DNA from: Antechinus flavipes
Taxonomy: Eukaryota
Length of the DNA: 64,000 bases
Assembly (NCBI RefSeq): GCF_016432865.1
Contig: NC_067400.1
Coordinates: forward strand, 1,302,001 to 1,366,000
Reading direction: 5' to 3'
The notes under the pieces are model-generated. The model saw only the letters and a program-made list of their open reading frames with translations, ran no database searches and was not told the origin of the DNA. Below are positions 32,786-44,607 of this stretch, piece by piece. How positions within the stretch are numbered: position 1 is the stretch's first letter; each line of letters begins with the position of its first letter. Both the position numbers and the translations under genes were made by a program.

Positions 32786-35506
32786 ATGTCCTACGTGCCC
32801 GGGCAGCCGTTCACCGCGGTGGTGGTGAGTGCGGGGCGTCCGGGGGTCCTCCCGAGAAGCGGGCCGCGGGGTGAGGAGGCGGAGACGGAGGGCGAGGCCG
32901 TGTCGGACGGCGCGCCCCCGAGCGCGGGCTAGGGGAGGGGCAGGCTCGTGCTTAAGGCGCGCGCGGGAGGGGGGGGGCGCGCACCCGAGGGCACGCCCCT
33001 CTTCCTTGAAACTTACAGGACCTGGGGGGGTTGCGGCCGCTGGGCCAGGACGCGTTCCCCAGGAAGGGGGTCCGCAGGCAGGCCTTCTCCCCCCCATTTC
33101 CCGCTTGTGCATAAGTCAGTGAGAGGGGGGAGGCGCGGGAGCTGGGAGGACGCAGGGTCCCAGGGGGTGTGGGGGAACCGGTCGCCTCCCTTATCCCGTT
33201 CTCTAGCCTGAGGCAAGGAGGAGGAGGAGGCTGTCACCGTGGCCCCAGGTCGCTCAGAAGGGGCCCCCTCCGGAAGCTCTCCGCCCCCTCCCCGCCCCCT
33301 CCCCGGCCCCGCCTGGCTCTCCTCCCCCAGGGGCTCCAGGGCTTCTGCGGCGCAGGAAGGAGCCCAGCCCGGCGGCCCTTTGTGCGCAGTATCCCCTGCA
33401 GGGGCACTCGGGGACCCCTTGGGCTCCGATAAAGCTCCCACTGCGGGCCAGGCACGGGGCAGAGAGGCTGGCGGCAGATGCGGCCGGGACCAGCTGGGGA
33501 CACCCGGGGTGGGGGAGCAGCCCAGGAGGGACGGCTCCGCCCCCGGAGGGCAGTAGTAACACAGGACAGCTGACTTGCAGCTTCCAGAAGACTGCGCCTG
33601 CAGGATCCGGGCCTGGGGCCGCTCGTGGCTCCTGCCCGGCCCCTCCCTGAGCTGGCGGCCGGGGGTTGGGGGAGGGGGGAGGGGGAGCCGGCGCTGAGTC
33701 AGCCGCTTGGAATGGCAGCTGATTCCGGCCGAGCTGTGAGTCACCATTTCCTGGTTCTTTTCCTGATGACTTGTGTGGCCCGTTCGGGGCCTTCCTGGGC
33801 CCGCGGCCTCTTCCCCTCCCGAGGCTTCCAGACCAAGTTGGGAACAAACCCGTGGCCTCCTAGAACTGGCAGAGAACATCTATTAGGCGCTGACTGGATG
33901 CCCGGCACCGGGCCGAGGGCTGCGGGGCCAAGAACAGGCTCCTGTGGGGGGCTCCCCGAGGGGCCCTGGGTGCGCAGCGGTCCCCCCGGCGTGGGCGTGT
34001 CACCGGGCTGGGGCAGCACCTGCGCCTGGGGGCCCTTCGCGGGGGGCTCATCTCCCCCGGGATGGGACCTCTCCAAGGGAGCCGCCAACGTGGGCCCGGA
34101 GCCCTCGGCCTTCTGGGAGCCTGCCTGGGAGGGGGAACAGCAGGGGACGTGAGGCCTTGTGAGCACTTAGGCCTGCCTCAGTTTACTCGTCTGCAGTAGG
34201 GCATCTTCGGGCCTTAAGTCCTTCTCCCTCCCTTCAGGTTCTAGGAACCCTGGAGCCGGGGCATTGTGGGCGACAGGGCCTTTCTGGCTTTTTTCCCCGG
34301 TTCCCCTGAGTGGGAGCAAGCTGAGGCGAGGGGGAGGCAGCCTTACCTGGGGGTGGAGGAAGAGGGAGGCCCGAGCTAGGGGGAGGGGCTCCTGCCGGGG
34401 CTCCCCCCCTCCCGCCACCACGCTGGGGGAGAACGTGGCCGACTTCAGCTCTCGAGCCCAAGCGGGCGTTCTCGCTGGCACGTGGGACAGCTTTTCCCGG
34501 GGGGGGGCCTCCCGTCAGTGCCACAGGGGCCGCGCTAACGGCTTTTCCCCCTTTTGTAACTAGCAAAGAGTCGAAATTCACAAACTACGCCAAGGTGAAA
34601 ATCTGATTCTTGGATTTAGCATCGGAGGGGGCATCGACCAGGACCCCGCCCAGAACCCCTTCTCCGAGGATAAGACGGACAAGGTGAGGCGGCCGCTGGC
34701 GGGAGGGCTGCCCGTCCTCGGGGCCCCGAGCCCCCGTTTGCTCCTCATCAGGCCTCATCCGTTTGAGCTGCGTGGGGCGGGTGGGAGCGGGGAGAGCCTG
34801 CTCTGGGGGACGCTACGACGGTGCTGACTCCCCACAGGGCATTTACGTCACCAGGGTGTCCGAGGGGGGCCCCGCGGAGGTGGCGGGCCTCCAGATCGGA
34901 GACAAGATAATGCAGGTGAGGAGACGGGGCCTGGGTGTGGCGGGAGGGGGCGGGGCCCCAGAGTTCCTTCCCGGACCCCTCCTCACCTTGGCAATGCGTC
35001 GGCAGCTGGCCGCTCGGTGTCTGAAGCTGGATTTGACCTTGGGGCTTCCCGACCCCGGGCTGCCGTTCGTCCGGGGCCGGTCCGCAGGCTGCACCTCGTG
35101 GGGAGGGAGTCGCTCCCCGGACGCTGGCCCGACTCCCCGTGGGCCGGCCTGCCTAGACTGGAGCACCCCGTGCAGTGGGTGGCGGGCCGGCCCCTCTCCC
35201 CTGCTCTGGGTATCTCCTGAGTCCCCCCCAGCACCCCAAGTGCACCCCACACGGCTCCTTCTGCCCCCCAGCTCCAGGGGTGAGAGTCGGGTCAGGGCAC
35301 GCCCCGGACCTGGAGGCCTGCGGGGTCCGCAGCCCAGGGCCCGAGAAGGACGCAGACTCTGTCCGCAGGTCAACGGTTGGGACATGACGATGGTGACCCA
35401 CGACCAAGCCAGGAAGAGACTCACCAAGAGGAACGAGGAAGTGGTACGGCTGCTGGTGACCCGGCAGGGCCTGCAGAAAGCCGTGCAGCAGTCCATGCTG
35501 GCCTAG
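32786..35506 (+). CDS. TAX1BP3: Tax1-binding protein 3 (TIP-1, PDZ), 124 aa. Exons join(32786..32824,34564..34683,34838..34915,35369..35506)
   Basis: MSYVPGQPFTAVV/QRVEIHKLRQGENLILGFSIGGGIDQDP/GIYVTRVSEGGPAE/VNGWDMTMVTHDQARK; all junctions phase 0 with GT/AG. Confidence 0.98.
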
Positions 35507-36091
35507 GGCCTCCCTGCGCCGGCCCCTCGGCCCGCTAGGCCCCGTGGGGGGCGGGAGGCCTGGGGCCCCACCATCCCACAGTCAGCTTTCCCGTGCTGGC
35601 CAGAGAGTGGGCAGGGCGGTCGGCGGGGCCCCTCGGGCAGCCGGGCCAGGTAAGGGGAGGCTGAGCGGTGGGGCCGGGAGCCGGCTCTCCAAGGCTCAGG
35701 CCGCCTTTCTGCGGGCCTGTTCTTGGGCCAGGCCGTGCCCTCAGCTCCACCCCATCCGTGCCTCTCCCCAAGCCTCTCCCTGAGCACCTCCGGCAGGCTC
35801 GGACCCTGAAGGCAGCTGCCGGACTTTCTCCAGCCAGAAGCCTGAGCTGTGGGAGGGAGGGGGCGGCGCTGTGGCCCCTCCCCCAAAGCTCGTTAGTCCA
35901 GGGAGCGCCCTGTCCCGCCTGCCTGTGAAGCTGCCCCGGCCGGCCCCCGGGCCCTTTTCTATTTTTCCTGAAAGTTTTCTATGTAGCAGTTTCTATCTCA
36001 TTTCAAAAGTGCTAACCTGGTCAGACTCGGTCATAACAAGCCCCGGGCCCTATTTTTGTGACTGTCGGCCCAGCGCCGACTTCTCGTACTC

Positions 36092-36097
36092 AATAAA
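36092..36097 (+). terminator. Candidate TAX1BP3 polyadenylation signal AATAAA
   Basis: First AATAAA after the stop, followed by GT-rich sequence. Confidence 0.65.
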
Positions 36098-36277
36098 CAA
36101 AGCTGGAATTGTGCTCTTGCCTCGGTTCTCGGGGGAAATGGCTTCTCTCCTCCCCGGATTTGGGGTCGTGGGATGCCGGGGCGGGGGGTTCCAGTCCAGT
36201 GATGTGTATTTACCGCCCTGGAAGTTGGGGACGTAACCCAAAGCTTTTCTGGTTCAGTCAGATAGCAAAAGCGGGAC

Positions 36278-36481
36278 GGTCACAATCTCCTTCCCGGGAG
36301 TGGGATGGATGGAATCTCCTTTCCTGGCCCCGGAGAGGGACGGTCACAATCTCCTTCCCGGCCCCTGGGAGCGGGAAGGTCACAATCTCCTTTCCCGGCC
36401 CCTGGGAGCGGGAAGGTCACAATCTCCTTTCCCGGCCCCTGGGAGTGGGAAGGTCACAATCTCCTTCCCGGGAGTGGGAAC
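36278..36481. repeat. About 37-bp tandem repeat, about 5 degenerate copies, between the TAX1BP3 and CTNS 3' ends
   Basis: Unit GGTCACAATCTCCTTTCCCGGCCCCTGGGAGCGGGAA. Confidence 0.9.
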
Positions 36482-37762
36482 TGCCCTTCCCGCCCACACT
36501 GGGAATCCTCAGCTCAGGCAGAGGCCACAGATCATGTGACAGAGCCCGGTGCTGAGGAGTCGAGTGTCTCAGTCCTTTTTTAATGAAGAAGCGGCCCCGT
36601 GGGGATCTCTGGGGGTCCCCAGCCTGCCCTTGGAGGCTTTCTCCACCTGTTAAAGGGGCCCAGGGGGAGGGTCACTAAAGCTTATCAGAATGCCAAAAGT
36701 GTGAAAAATTAAACGTTAGTTTTAATGGAAAGCTCTAGGTTTCTTACACTGATCTTTTAAAAATAAAATACATAGAAAGTAGACAAAAATCACGTCCACA
36801 GACCACCACCATCATTGCAGAGCTTGCTGGAACAGAAGCAGGGAGATGCCTGGGAGTGGCGAGGTAACAGCAGAGAACCGGGGTGCTCCAGAGCCAAGCA
36901 GCTGCTGGAGGTCCGAGGCACCCTACGAGGACCCAGAACGAGGAGGGGCTGACTGCTCTCTTACTGGGGTGTGTGCATTTGGGAGGATGGCTGAAGCCCA
37001 AGGGCCCCTGCCCACAAAATCCCATGGGAAATCATGGGGGGGAGGGTGTTTTGTCTCGTGACGGAGTGCTCATAGGTAGGGTGACAGGGACAGCTCGTAG
37101 AAGAGACGCGCCCCCCCAAATGGCGGGCTCACACCTCGGGCCGGGCCCCATGGGGTTAACAGCCAGGATCAGGCTTAGGAAGGAGCTGGCCAGCCCCAGG
37201 CCACGGGCAGCGGAGGCTCTGGAGCAGAAGCCCCGCGCTGGGACGCTTGGACAGAGAGCAGCGACAGACAGCAGGCGCCCTCCTCCCTCTGGCACGATGC
37301 TACTATGGATGCGCCTCTGAACCCGTGAAGGGCGGCGAGAGCCTTGAAAACACAAAACAAGAAAGACATTTCTGAACACCAGGGGGAAGCGGAGGCGCCC
37401 TCGGAGAAAGGAGCCTCTGTCCCGGGGACACGGGCACGGCTGCTGGGCCCACTCTGGGGGCCGGGGGGCCGAGGGCCCGGACACAGACAGCAAGCCCGTC
37501 GTCCCAGGCACACGAGTCTCTTGAACCGGGAGTGGCAGGTTTGAACCTCAGCGGACAACTGGCTTATGAGCAGAAGGGGGCCGGGGGTGCCCCGAGGGAG
37601 CAAGTGAGCGAGGAGCGCGGCAGGACTTCCGGCGGGAAGAGATGCGATCGCCGTCCCTCAAGGCTCTGGGCTCGCACGACGAGGCTCACGCTCTCCGGAC
37701 GCCAGAGCCACGACCGGCCGTGGCTTCGCGGCCTACAGGAATGGTGGGGCTGTCCGAGAGTA

Positions 37763-40700
37763 CTAGCTGAGCTGCTCGTACCCTGGCTTCTGTCTATACA
37801 AGCAGTAGTGCTGCATGATGAAAATGATGTCAAAGATGATGGAGAACATGCCGAGGCCAAACTTGGTGGGGTCTCCAAAAATCAGGGTCCACTCATCTGC
37901 AGAGGCAAGATGAGACATATGAGCCTCGGAGCAGCCTTCCTCGGGACGGGTCTGGAGCTCCCAGGGACACAGATATGGTCAAACCTGGCGCACAGATGTG
38001 GTCTAACCTGGGGCACAGATACGGTCTAACCTGGGGCATAGATATGGTCAAACCTGGGGCACAGATATGGTCTAACCTGGGGCACAGATATGGTCAAACA
38101 TGGGGCACAGATACGGTCTAACCTGGGGCACAGATACGGTCTAACCTGGGGCATAGATATGGTCAAACCTGGGGCACAGATATGGTCTAACCTGGGGCAC
38201 AGATATGGTCTAACCTGAGGCACAGATATGGTCTAACTTGGGACAGAAATATAGTCTAACTGGAACATGGTCTAACCTGGATCATGGGCTGGCCTGGGAC
38301 AATGTTTTAACCTAGGACGTGATTTGTGGCCTGGGACTAGAACATGGTCTAACCAGGGACACAATCTGGCCCATGGCCAGGCTGCTGTGGGTCCTTCCAG
38401 GCCTCACATAACACAGAAGGGTTAGTTCATCTCATGTGGACACAGGAGGCAGAGGATTCTGGGAGATGAGGGGTCACGGGGTATGAACTGTGCCTCAAAA
38501 GAGAAGGGGGTGTTGGGGAGCCCAAAGCCGAGCCTCCTTTGGGGTAAGGGAGCCCACGTCTCCGAGGGGGCTTGTCTTTGACCCCACGGTCCGAGGGGAC
38601 CAGATGGTCGGAGGAAAAGGATTCCCTGAGATGTTTCCGTCAAGTGTGTGAAGCCAGATGGGCCCTCATCACCGCCGCGAGGGCTGGACGCTGGGGGAAA
38701 GGGCAGGGGAGCGGGGCCGCCCCATGTTTCTCCAGGATAGGAGACCCCGGGCCAAGCGCTCCCGCCTCGGCGGCCATCCCCAGTGCCCAGAGAGTCCCCA
38801 CTATGAAGTGGGGGCGGGGGAGAGCGGGGCACGGGGCCCCGAGGACTGCCTGGTCACACCATGACTGTGCCGACCCCAAGATCGTGCCCTCGTTTCTTCC
38901 GCGGTCTGTCCCAGGTGTTGGGGGGGGTGCCACTGTGCCCAGAGTGCCGGGCCCGAGGTCAGACACTTCCCACAGGCGCTGCCGGCCTCAGTCTCCTCAT
39001 CCGTAAAGCTGGGACGGAATACCAGCACCCGCTCCCAGGCCCATTATTCTTGTTGCCTTCCCAAAGGTCGGCGGGGGTTCCTGGCAGCTCCAGGGGCACC
39101 AGGGGCACCAGGGCGTGAGTCCAAATCCCCCGCCTCCACCAAGGGCATCGGCCCCAGCTCAGGTACTTGGCGGAAGCCCTCGGCCCCGCTCCCGGGAGAA
39201 CGGGTGGCGTTTGTAACCAGGGCCCGGCACACCGAGAGGGCACGTGCTGCGTCTGCCACCTTCCCGGGGCCTCCTGCGCTCCCCTAGGCCCAAGAAAGCC
39301 CCCTTTCCAGAGGCCCGGGCGTGCCTCCGAGGCCGCTTTCGTGTCGCCCCCTGCTGATGTGCCGTGGCCTTGGGGGTGGGCGGCGGGGGCCCGCATGGGG
39401 AAACTGGAACTCAGGATTCGGAAATAGTGTGACTGACTTCACGTTAACCCGCCCGCGCCCCCGGTGCCCAGGGCGGGAGGGCGTGGGCCCGCGGCTCCAC
39501 CACTCACCGTTGTTGTACGACTGGAAGAACATCTGCAGGAGGCTGAAGACGCCTCCCGTGAAGTCCAGGAGCACGTTGCCGATGCTCCAGCCCTCGGTGC
39601 TCTTCCGGCGAAAGTTCAGGCACGCCTGGGACGGACAGAGGGTGGGGGGCTGAGAGGCCCCCCTCCCCCCGGCCCCGCGAGGCACCTCTCGCCCCTACCC
39701 ACTGGCCCATCCCCCACCCCTGCCCCGGGACCGCCTCTACCTGGGGAAAGTACTTGATCAGGGTGACGGCGAGCTTGATGTAGGAGAAGCAGAAGAGGAA
39801 CTGCAGCCAGGTGACGGCCCCACCGAGGGCCACGCACATCATGACCAGGGCGAAGAGCCAGGACAGCACCAGGAAGGCCACGGAGGCCCTGGACACTCTC
39901 TGGTCGCCTTTCTGGAGGGATGAAGGGGGTGTCACTGAGCACTAACAGAGGGGCCCCCGACAAAGGCTGCCCCGAAGGCCCCGGGGGCCAAAGCCCGCCC
40001 CTCCTCTCGGCTTCTCTGCCCCAGAGCCAAAGGCTGGCGCTGCCTGGGGAGGCTCCCCTGCCGCCCACCGGCTCCCCGAGGGAGGGCCTCGTCTGTGCCC
40101 ACGGAGGGTCCTCCGCCCCCTGGCAGCGCGGGACGCCAGCCTCAGGCCGCTCTGGGGGCACCCACCTCATACAGGAGACACTGCCCGATGATCACCAGCG
40201 TGAGGGCCACGGCGTGGAGGCTGAAGAAGACGTCGTTGCTGTCCACGGGGTTAATGCCGGCAGGGTATTGGTGAAGAAACTGCTCCTGAGGGGCCCAAGC
40301 AGAGCCAGAGGGCCAGGGGTTGAGGACCGGGGCCGTGCAGGCCGGGGACTGGAGGCTGCGCGGGCTGGGGACCAGGGCCAGGGGTTGGGGACTGGAGGCT
40401 ACACGGGCCGGGGACTGGAGGCTGCGCGGGCCGGGGACTGGAGGCTGCGCGGGCCGGGGACTGGAGGCTACATGGGCCGGGGACTGGAGGCTGCGCGGGC
40501 CGGGGACTGGAGGCTGCGCGGGCCGGGGACTGGAGGCTGCGCGGGCCGGGGACTGGAGGCTGCGCGGGCCAGGGCCAGGGGTTGGGGACTGGAGGCTACA
40601 CGGGCCGGGGACTGGAGGCTGCGCGGGCCGGGGACTGGAGGCTGCGCGGGCCAGGGCCAAGGGTTGGGGACTGGAGGCTGCGCGGGCCAGGGCCAAGGGT

Positions 40701-43700
40701 TGGGGACTGGAGGCTGCGCGGGCCGGGGACTGGAGGCTGCGCGGGCCGGGGACCGGGGCCGTGCAGGCCGGAGACTGGAGGCTGCGCGGGCCGGGGACCA
40801 GGGCCAGGGGTTGGGGACTGGAGGCCGCGCGGGCCGGGGACTGGAGGCCGCGCGGGCCAGGGACCAGGGCCAGGGGTTGGGGACTGGAGGCCGCGCGGGC
40901 CGGGGCCAAGGGTTGGGGACTGGGGGCCAGGCTGGAGACTGGGGCCAGGCTGGCCCAGGCCAGGGGTTGGGGGCCATGCTGCCGGGACCAGAGAGGATCC
41001 AGCCTCACCTTGATGTAGGGCACCCAAAAGAGACCAACGTTAAACACAGCGTAGGCGATGAAGCCAGTGAGGTTGAGGGCGACGAAGTCAAAGCTCAGGC
41101 CGACCACGCTGCGGGACAAGGAGCCCAGAGCCCGTGCTCAGAGCCCGGGAGCCCCGGGGAGCGCCTCCCCTGGGCTCCTGCCCGCCGCCCCCAGATGGCG
41201 CGCTTCCTTGGAAGCCCCCCCTTTGGGACTGGCAAACATGGGGGACTGAACCCCGGATCAGAACCAATGGTAGAACCGAGGTCGGACCCGGAAGGGGCCC
41301 AACTGTGCTGTGGGTGAGGGCGACCTGGAGCCCCACCTCCCGCAGCCGCCGGCCTGGCCAGCAGAGCCAAGCTTCTGGGGCGCAAGGGGGGAGTGGCCCC
41401 GACGGGGCCCACGGGGCCCAGGTGGCTGCTGCCCCGGGGCAGGTTTTCTGGGGGGGGGGAGGACACAGCTCTCCCCGGGGTGGGAGCCCCCGGACCGCTA
41501 CCTTTTGCGTCTCCAGTTCTCAAACACCTGTGGATAGAAGGAGATGGACCAGGCCAGAAAGTAGATCCAGCCAATGACCTGGTTGATCCACTCCAGCGTG
41601 CGGCTGCGGAACACCAAGAAGTGGACCAGGGCGCTGCAAAGGGGAGGGGTGGGTGAGGGCGGAGCCGGGGCGGCACCCCGCCCCTACCGGCCAAGCTCCG
41701 CCCCCACCGGCCAAGCTCCGCCCCCACTCACCTGGTCTGGTTGGAGCCATTGACCTGGAGAAGGAGAGTCACTTGGCCCACGTCCAGCCCCATCACGGGA
41801 AAACTCGCGGCTTTTTGCCCCGCCGGCACCGGGACCTGTGAGGGGGCACAGGGACCTGCCCATGCAGCCTCCGTCCGCCCCCGTTCCCGGGCCCCCCTTC
41901 TCCCCCCAAGGCCGATGAGGCACTTACTTCTTCAGGGAACTCAAGCACGCTTTTGTTCTTCGAAGTGTAGACAACGTCCAGGGTCACGGCCCAGGGCGCC
42001 TCCAGTGGAGCCCTGCGGGGAACAAGGCGCGGGGAGTCAGGAGCGCCCCTCGGGCCGCAGGGGCTCCCTCAGCTAGGGCAGCTGGGCAGCCCCCTCCGCT
42101 GGGGTCAGAGGGCTTCTGATGTGCTCCGGAGGGAAGGAAGGGGGAGGAGGAGGAGGGAGGAAGAGAAGGGAAGGGGAGAGGAAGAGGAAGGTGAAAGGGG
42201 GAAGAGAAGAGGGAGGGGGAAAGCAGGGACAGGAGGGAAGGAGCAGAAAGGAGGAGAGAGGAGGGAAGGAAAAGGGGGAGAGGGGAAGAAGAGGGAAAGG
42301 AGGAAGGAGGAGGGGAGAGAAGAGGGATGCAGAGAAGGGAAGAAAGAGGGAAAGAGGAGGGGAAGAAAGGCGGGAGGAGGGGAAGAAAGGCGGGAGGAGG
42401 GGAGGGAAAGCAGAAGGGAGAGGAAGGTGGGAGACAGGGGAAGGGCAGAGGGAGAGGAAGGGAGAGGAGGGAAAGTATAGAGGAGAGGGAGAGAGGAGGG
42501 AGAGAGGGGGAAGGAAGAGAAGAGGGGAGGGAAGAGGGAGAAGAAGAGAGTAGGGAAGCTTAGGGTACCTCAAGGATGAAACCCCAAAGCCTTCAGCCAG
42601 GAGATGGAAGCTCCTGCCGGGGCCGCCACTCAGGTGGGAGGGAGGCTGCAGAGAGATGGGCAGGGGGCCAGGACCTTGGAGAGGTGCTTCTGGGGAAGGC
42701 AGCCCCCCCCCACCGTGGCCAGGAGGCTTAGCCCCCCCTTACACATCAGTCACACACTCTCTCCCAGTCCGGGGGGGCCTGGCACACTTACTCCAGGGTG
42801 AAGGTCACATTTTTGCAGCTCCCGTTTTCAAGTGTGACCACGCGAGGGGCAGAGAGGCTCCCAGAGAGATTCCCAGAAGCACCTGATGGCAGCAGATAAG
42901 CAGAGTCCTCTCAGAAGCCTGCCCTCTCCCTGCTCCTCACGGGGCATCAGGGGAGGGGAAGGGGGGCAGGAGGGAGGCCAGCTGCCAGCTTCCTTCCGGA
43001 ACACCTGGCCCCCAAGGGCAATGGAGCCCCCCAGGGTAGCGTGGACCCTCAGCTCGGCTGGCAGGGGTCCACTGGGGGGGCTGGAAACAAGCTGGCCGTG
43101 TGATCAGCCAGGGGGGCCTTCCTTAGCATCCAGACTAACAACATTACTGGAGAAGAAGAGGAGCCCCCTCAGACTCCCCAGCAGACCAGGTGTCCCCAGT
43201 GAGGATGCCGGATTCAGGGCATCCCCACCAATTCCTCTCCCTTGCTCGGTCCCAAGGCTCACCCCCTACCTGCCAGGACCTGCTCTCCCCCGTGTCCTCT
43301 GCCCCGACATCTTGGGGAGTTGCCTGCTTCGACTCACTGTGAGCCCTCACTGGCCGGCTCCCCCCCCCCATTCTTAGTCAGGGCTCCTGGGAGAAACCAC
43401 AAGTGTCCTTTGGGGGCGGCCCCGCCCCTCTCTGCCATGACCTTCATCACCTCTGTAGATTCCCCCCTTCGTCCTCCACAGATATTCTGTAGCCTGGGGG
43501 TCCGCTGCAGTCAGAGCCCCTCCCCCCAACCCAGAGCCAACATCCCCCTTGGCGGTGCAGAGTCTGGGGGGAGGGGGCCACCAGAGGCAGCACCTCCTGG
43601 AGCCAAGGACACACTGGGGGGCTCCCAGACTCGGGGCACGGAGTCCCAGGCGGAAGTGAGGTGCCAAGGGGGGTCCCCGCGGACTCGGGGCCTCCCACCA

Positions 43701-43769
43701 CTCACCACACGCTTCCTGAAGCTCGGACACCAGGAGGAGCCACCACCAGGACCACGACCACCTGGACAT
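37763..43769 (-). CDS. CTNS: Cystinosin, about 372 aa. Exons complement(join(37763..37896,39508..39625,39741..39911,40166..40285,41009..41108,41502..41633,41732..41835,41928..42012,42792..42882,43706..43769))
   Basis: Two PQ-loop repeats (SISFYPQ, KYFPQA), conserved LLDFTGG and IFDII, and the C-terminal lysosomal motif GYEQL; phases are continuous across all nine introns. Confidence 0.97.
37968..38260. repeat. 23-bp minisatellite, about 12 copies, in the last CTNS intron
   Basis: Unit CAGATATGGTCTAACCTGGGGCA. Confidence 0.95.
40324..40960. repeat. 23-bp GC-rich minisatellite with interspersed variants in the CTNS intron 40286..41008
   Basis: Unit GGGCCGGGGACTGGAGGCTGCGC with AGGGCCAGGGGTTGGGGACT insertions. 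Confidence 0.95.
42125..42560. repeat. Polypurine (GA-rich) tract in a CTNS intron
   Basis: About 430 nt almost all G/A on the + strand. Confidence 0.9.
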
Positions 43770-44353
43770 GTTCAAGCCTTGGGGGGAGGGGATTTAAGGC
43801 GTCAGGGGGGGAGGCTTTCAACAGATTCCCCTCCCCCACCCCAAGCTCAGAGACAGAGCCCCCTCCCTCCTGAGGAGGGACCCAGTGCAAGGCTGTCACC
43901 CTCCAGACACTCTTTCCTTATAAGGGGGAGTGTCTAAAACTGAAACTCCCCTCGCCCCCTCCTCTATCAGAGGTGCCCCCTCCTCTACAGGGGTATCCAG
44001 GGCCACGTAACCCCCTCAAGCCTCCTTCCTTGCAGGGGGGGCCTAGGACTGTAACCGCCCCCCGCTTCGCTATGGGGGCACCCAGAGCTGTTACCCCAGA
44101 GCCCCCACAAGGGCCAGCTCCCGGGCCTCAGGGGCTCGAGGCCGGATCCGGGGCAGAGATCATCTCCCGGCCAGCCTCGGTCAGCCTCCCCCGGCCCGGA
44201 GCACACAGCGGGAGGCTGGGCACGGACGCCGGCCCGGCGCCAGGCGCTCCTTCGCCTCGGCCTCTACCCCCCGCTAGGCTGGAGCTCCGGCCGTGCGGAC
44301 ACCTCCCGGGGCGCCCCGAGAACGGCCGGAGCCGCTGGCCCGCGACCACTCAC

Positions 44354-44607
44354 CGCCAGCAAGGAGGAAGGAGAGGAAGCAGGGAACTGAGCTGCGCCGG
44401 GAAATGTTGCTCGGCTGCCCCGCGGCTACTTGGAGCCGCCCTGGTGTGACGTTTGGCCCCGCCCAGAGACCGCCGACCAATAGGCGAAGAGCGCAGTTCG
44501 GAGCCCCGCCCCGTGCCGTTCCGCCCCCATGGGGGCGGTCTGCGCCTGCGTCCCTCGCCCTCCTGTCTGCGCCTGCGCTTGCGCGGGCTTATCCGCCGTT
44601 TGGAACC
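44354..44607. promoter_or_regulatory. Bidirectional CTNS/SHPK promoter, including the probable CTNS non-coding first exon (donor at 44354)
   Basis: CCAAT at 44477-44481, GC boxes, NRF1-like TGCGCCTGCGC at about 44568, a minus-strand G/GTGAGT donor, and head-to-head orientation as in human. Confidence 0.8.

Noticed and set aside
36278-36481. CRISPR-like array (37-bp palindromic repeats)
   Set aside because: Units are contiguous with no unique spacers, there are no cas genes, and the context is mammalian.
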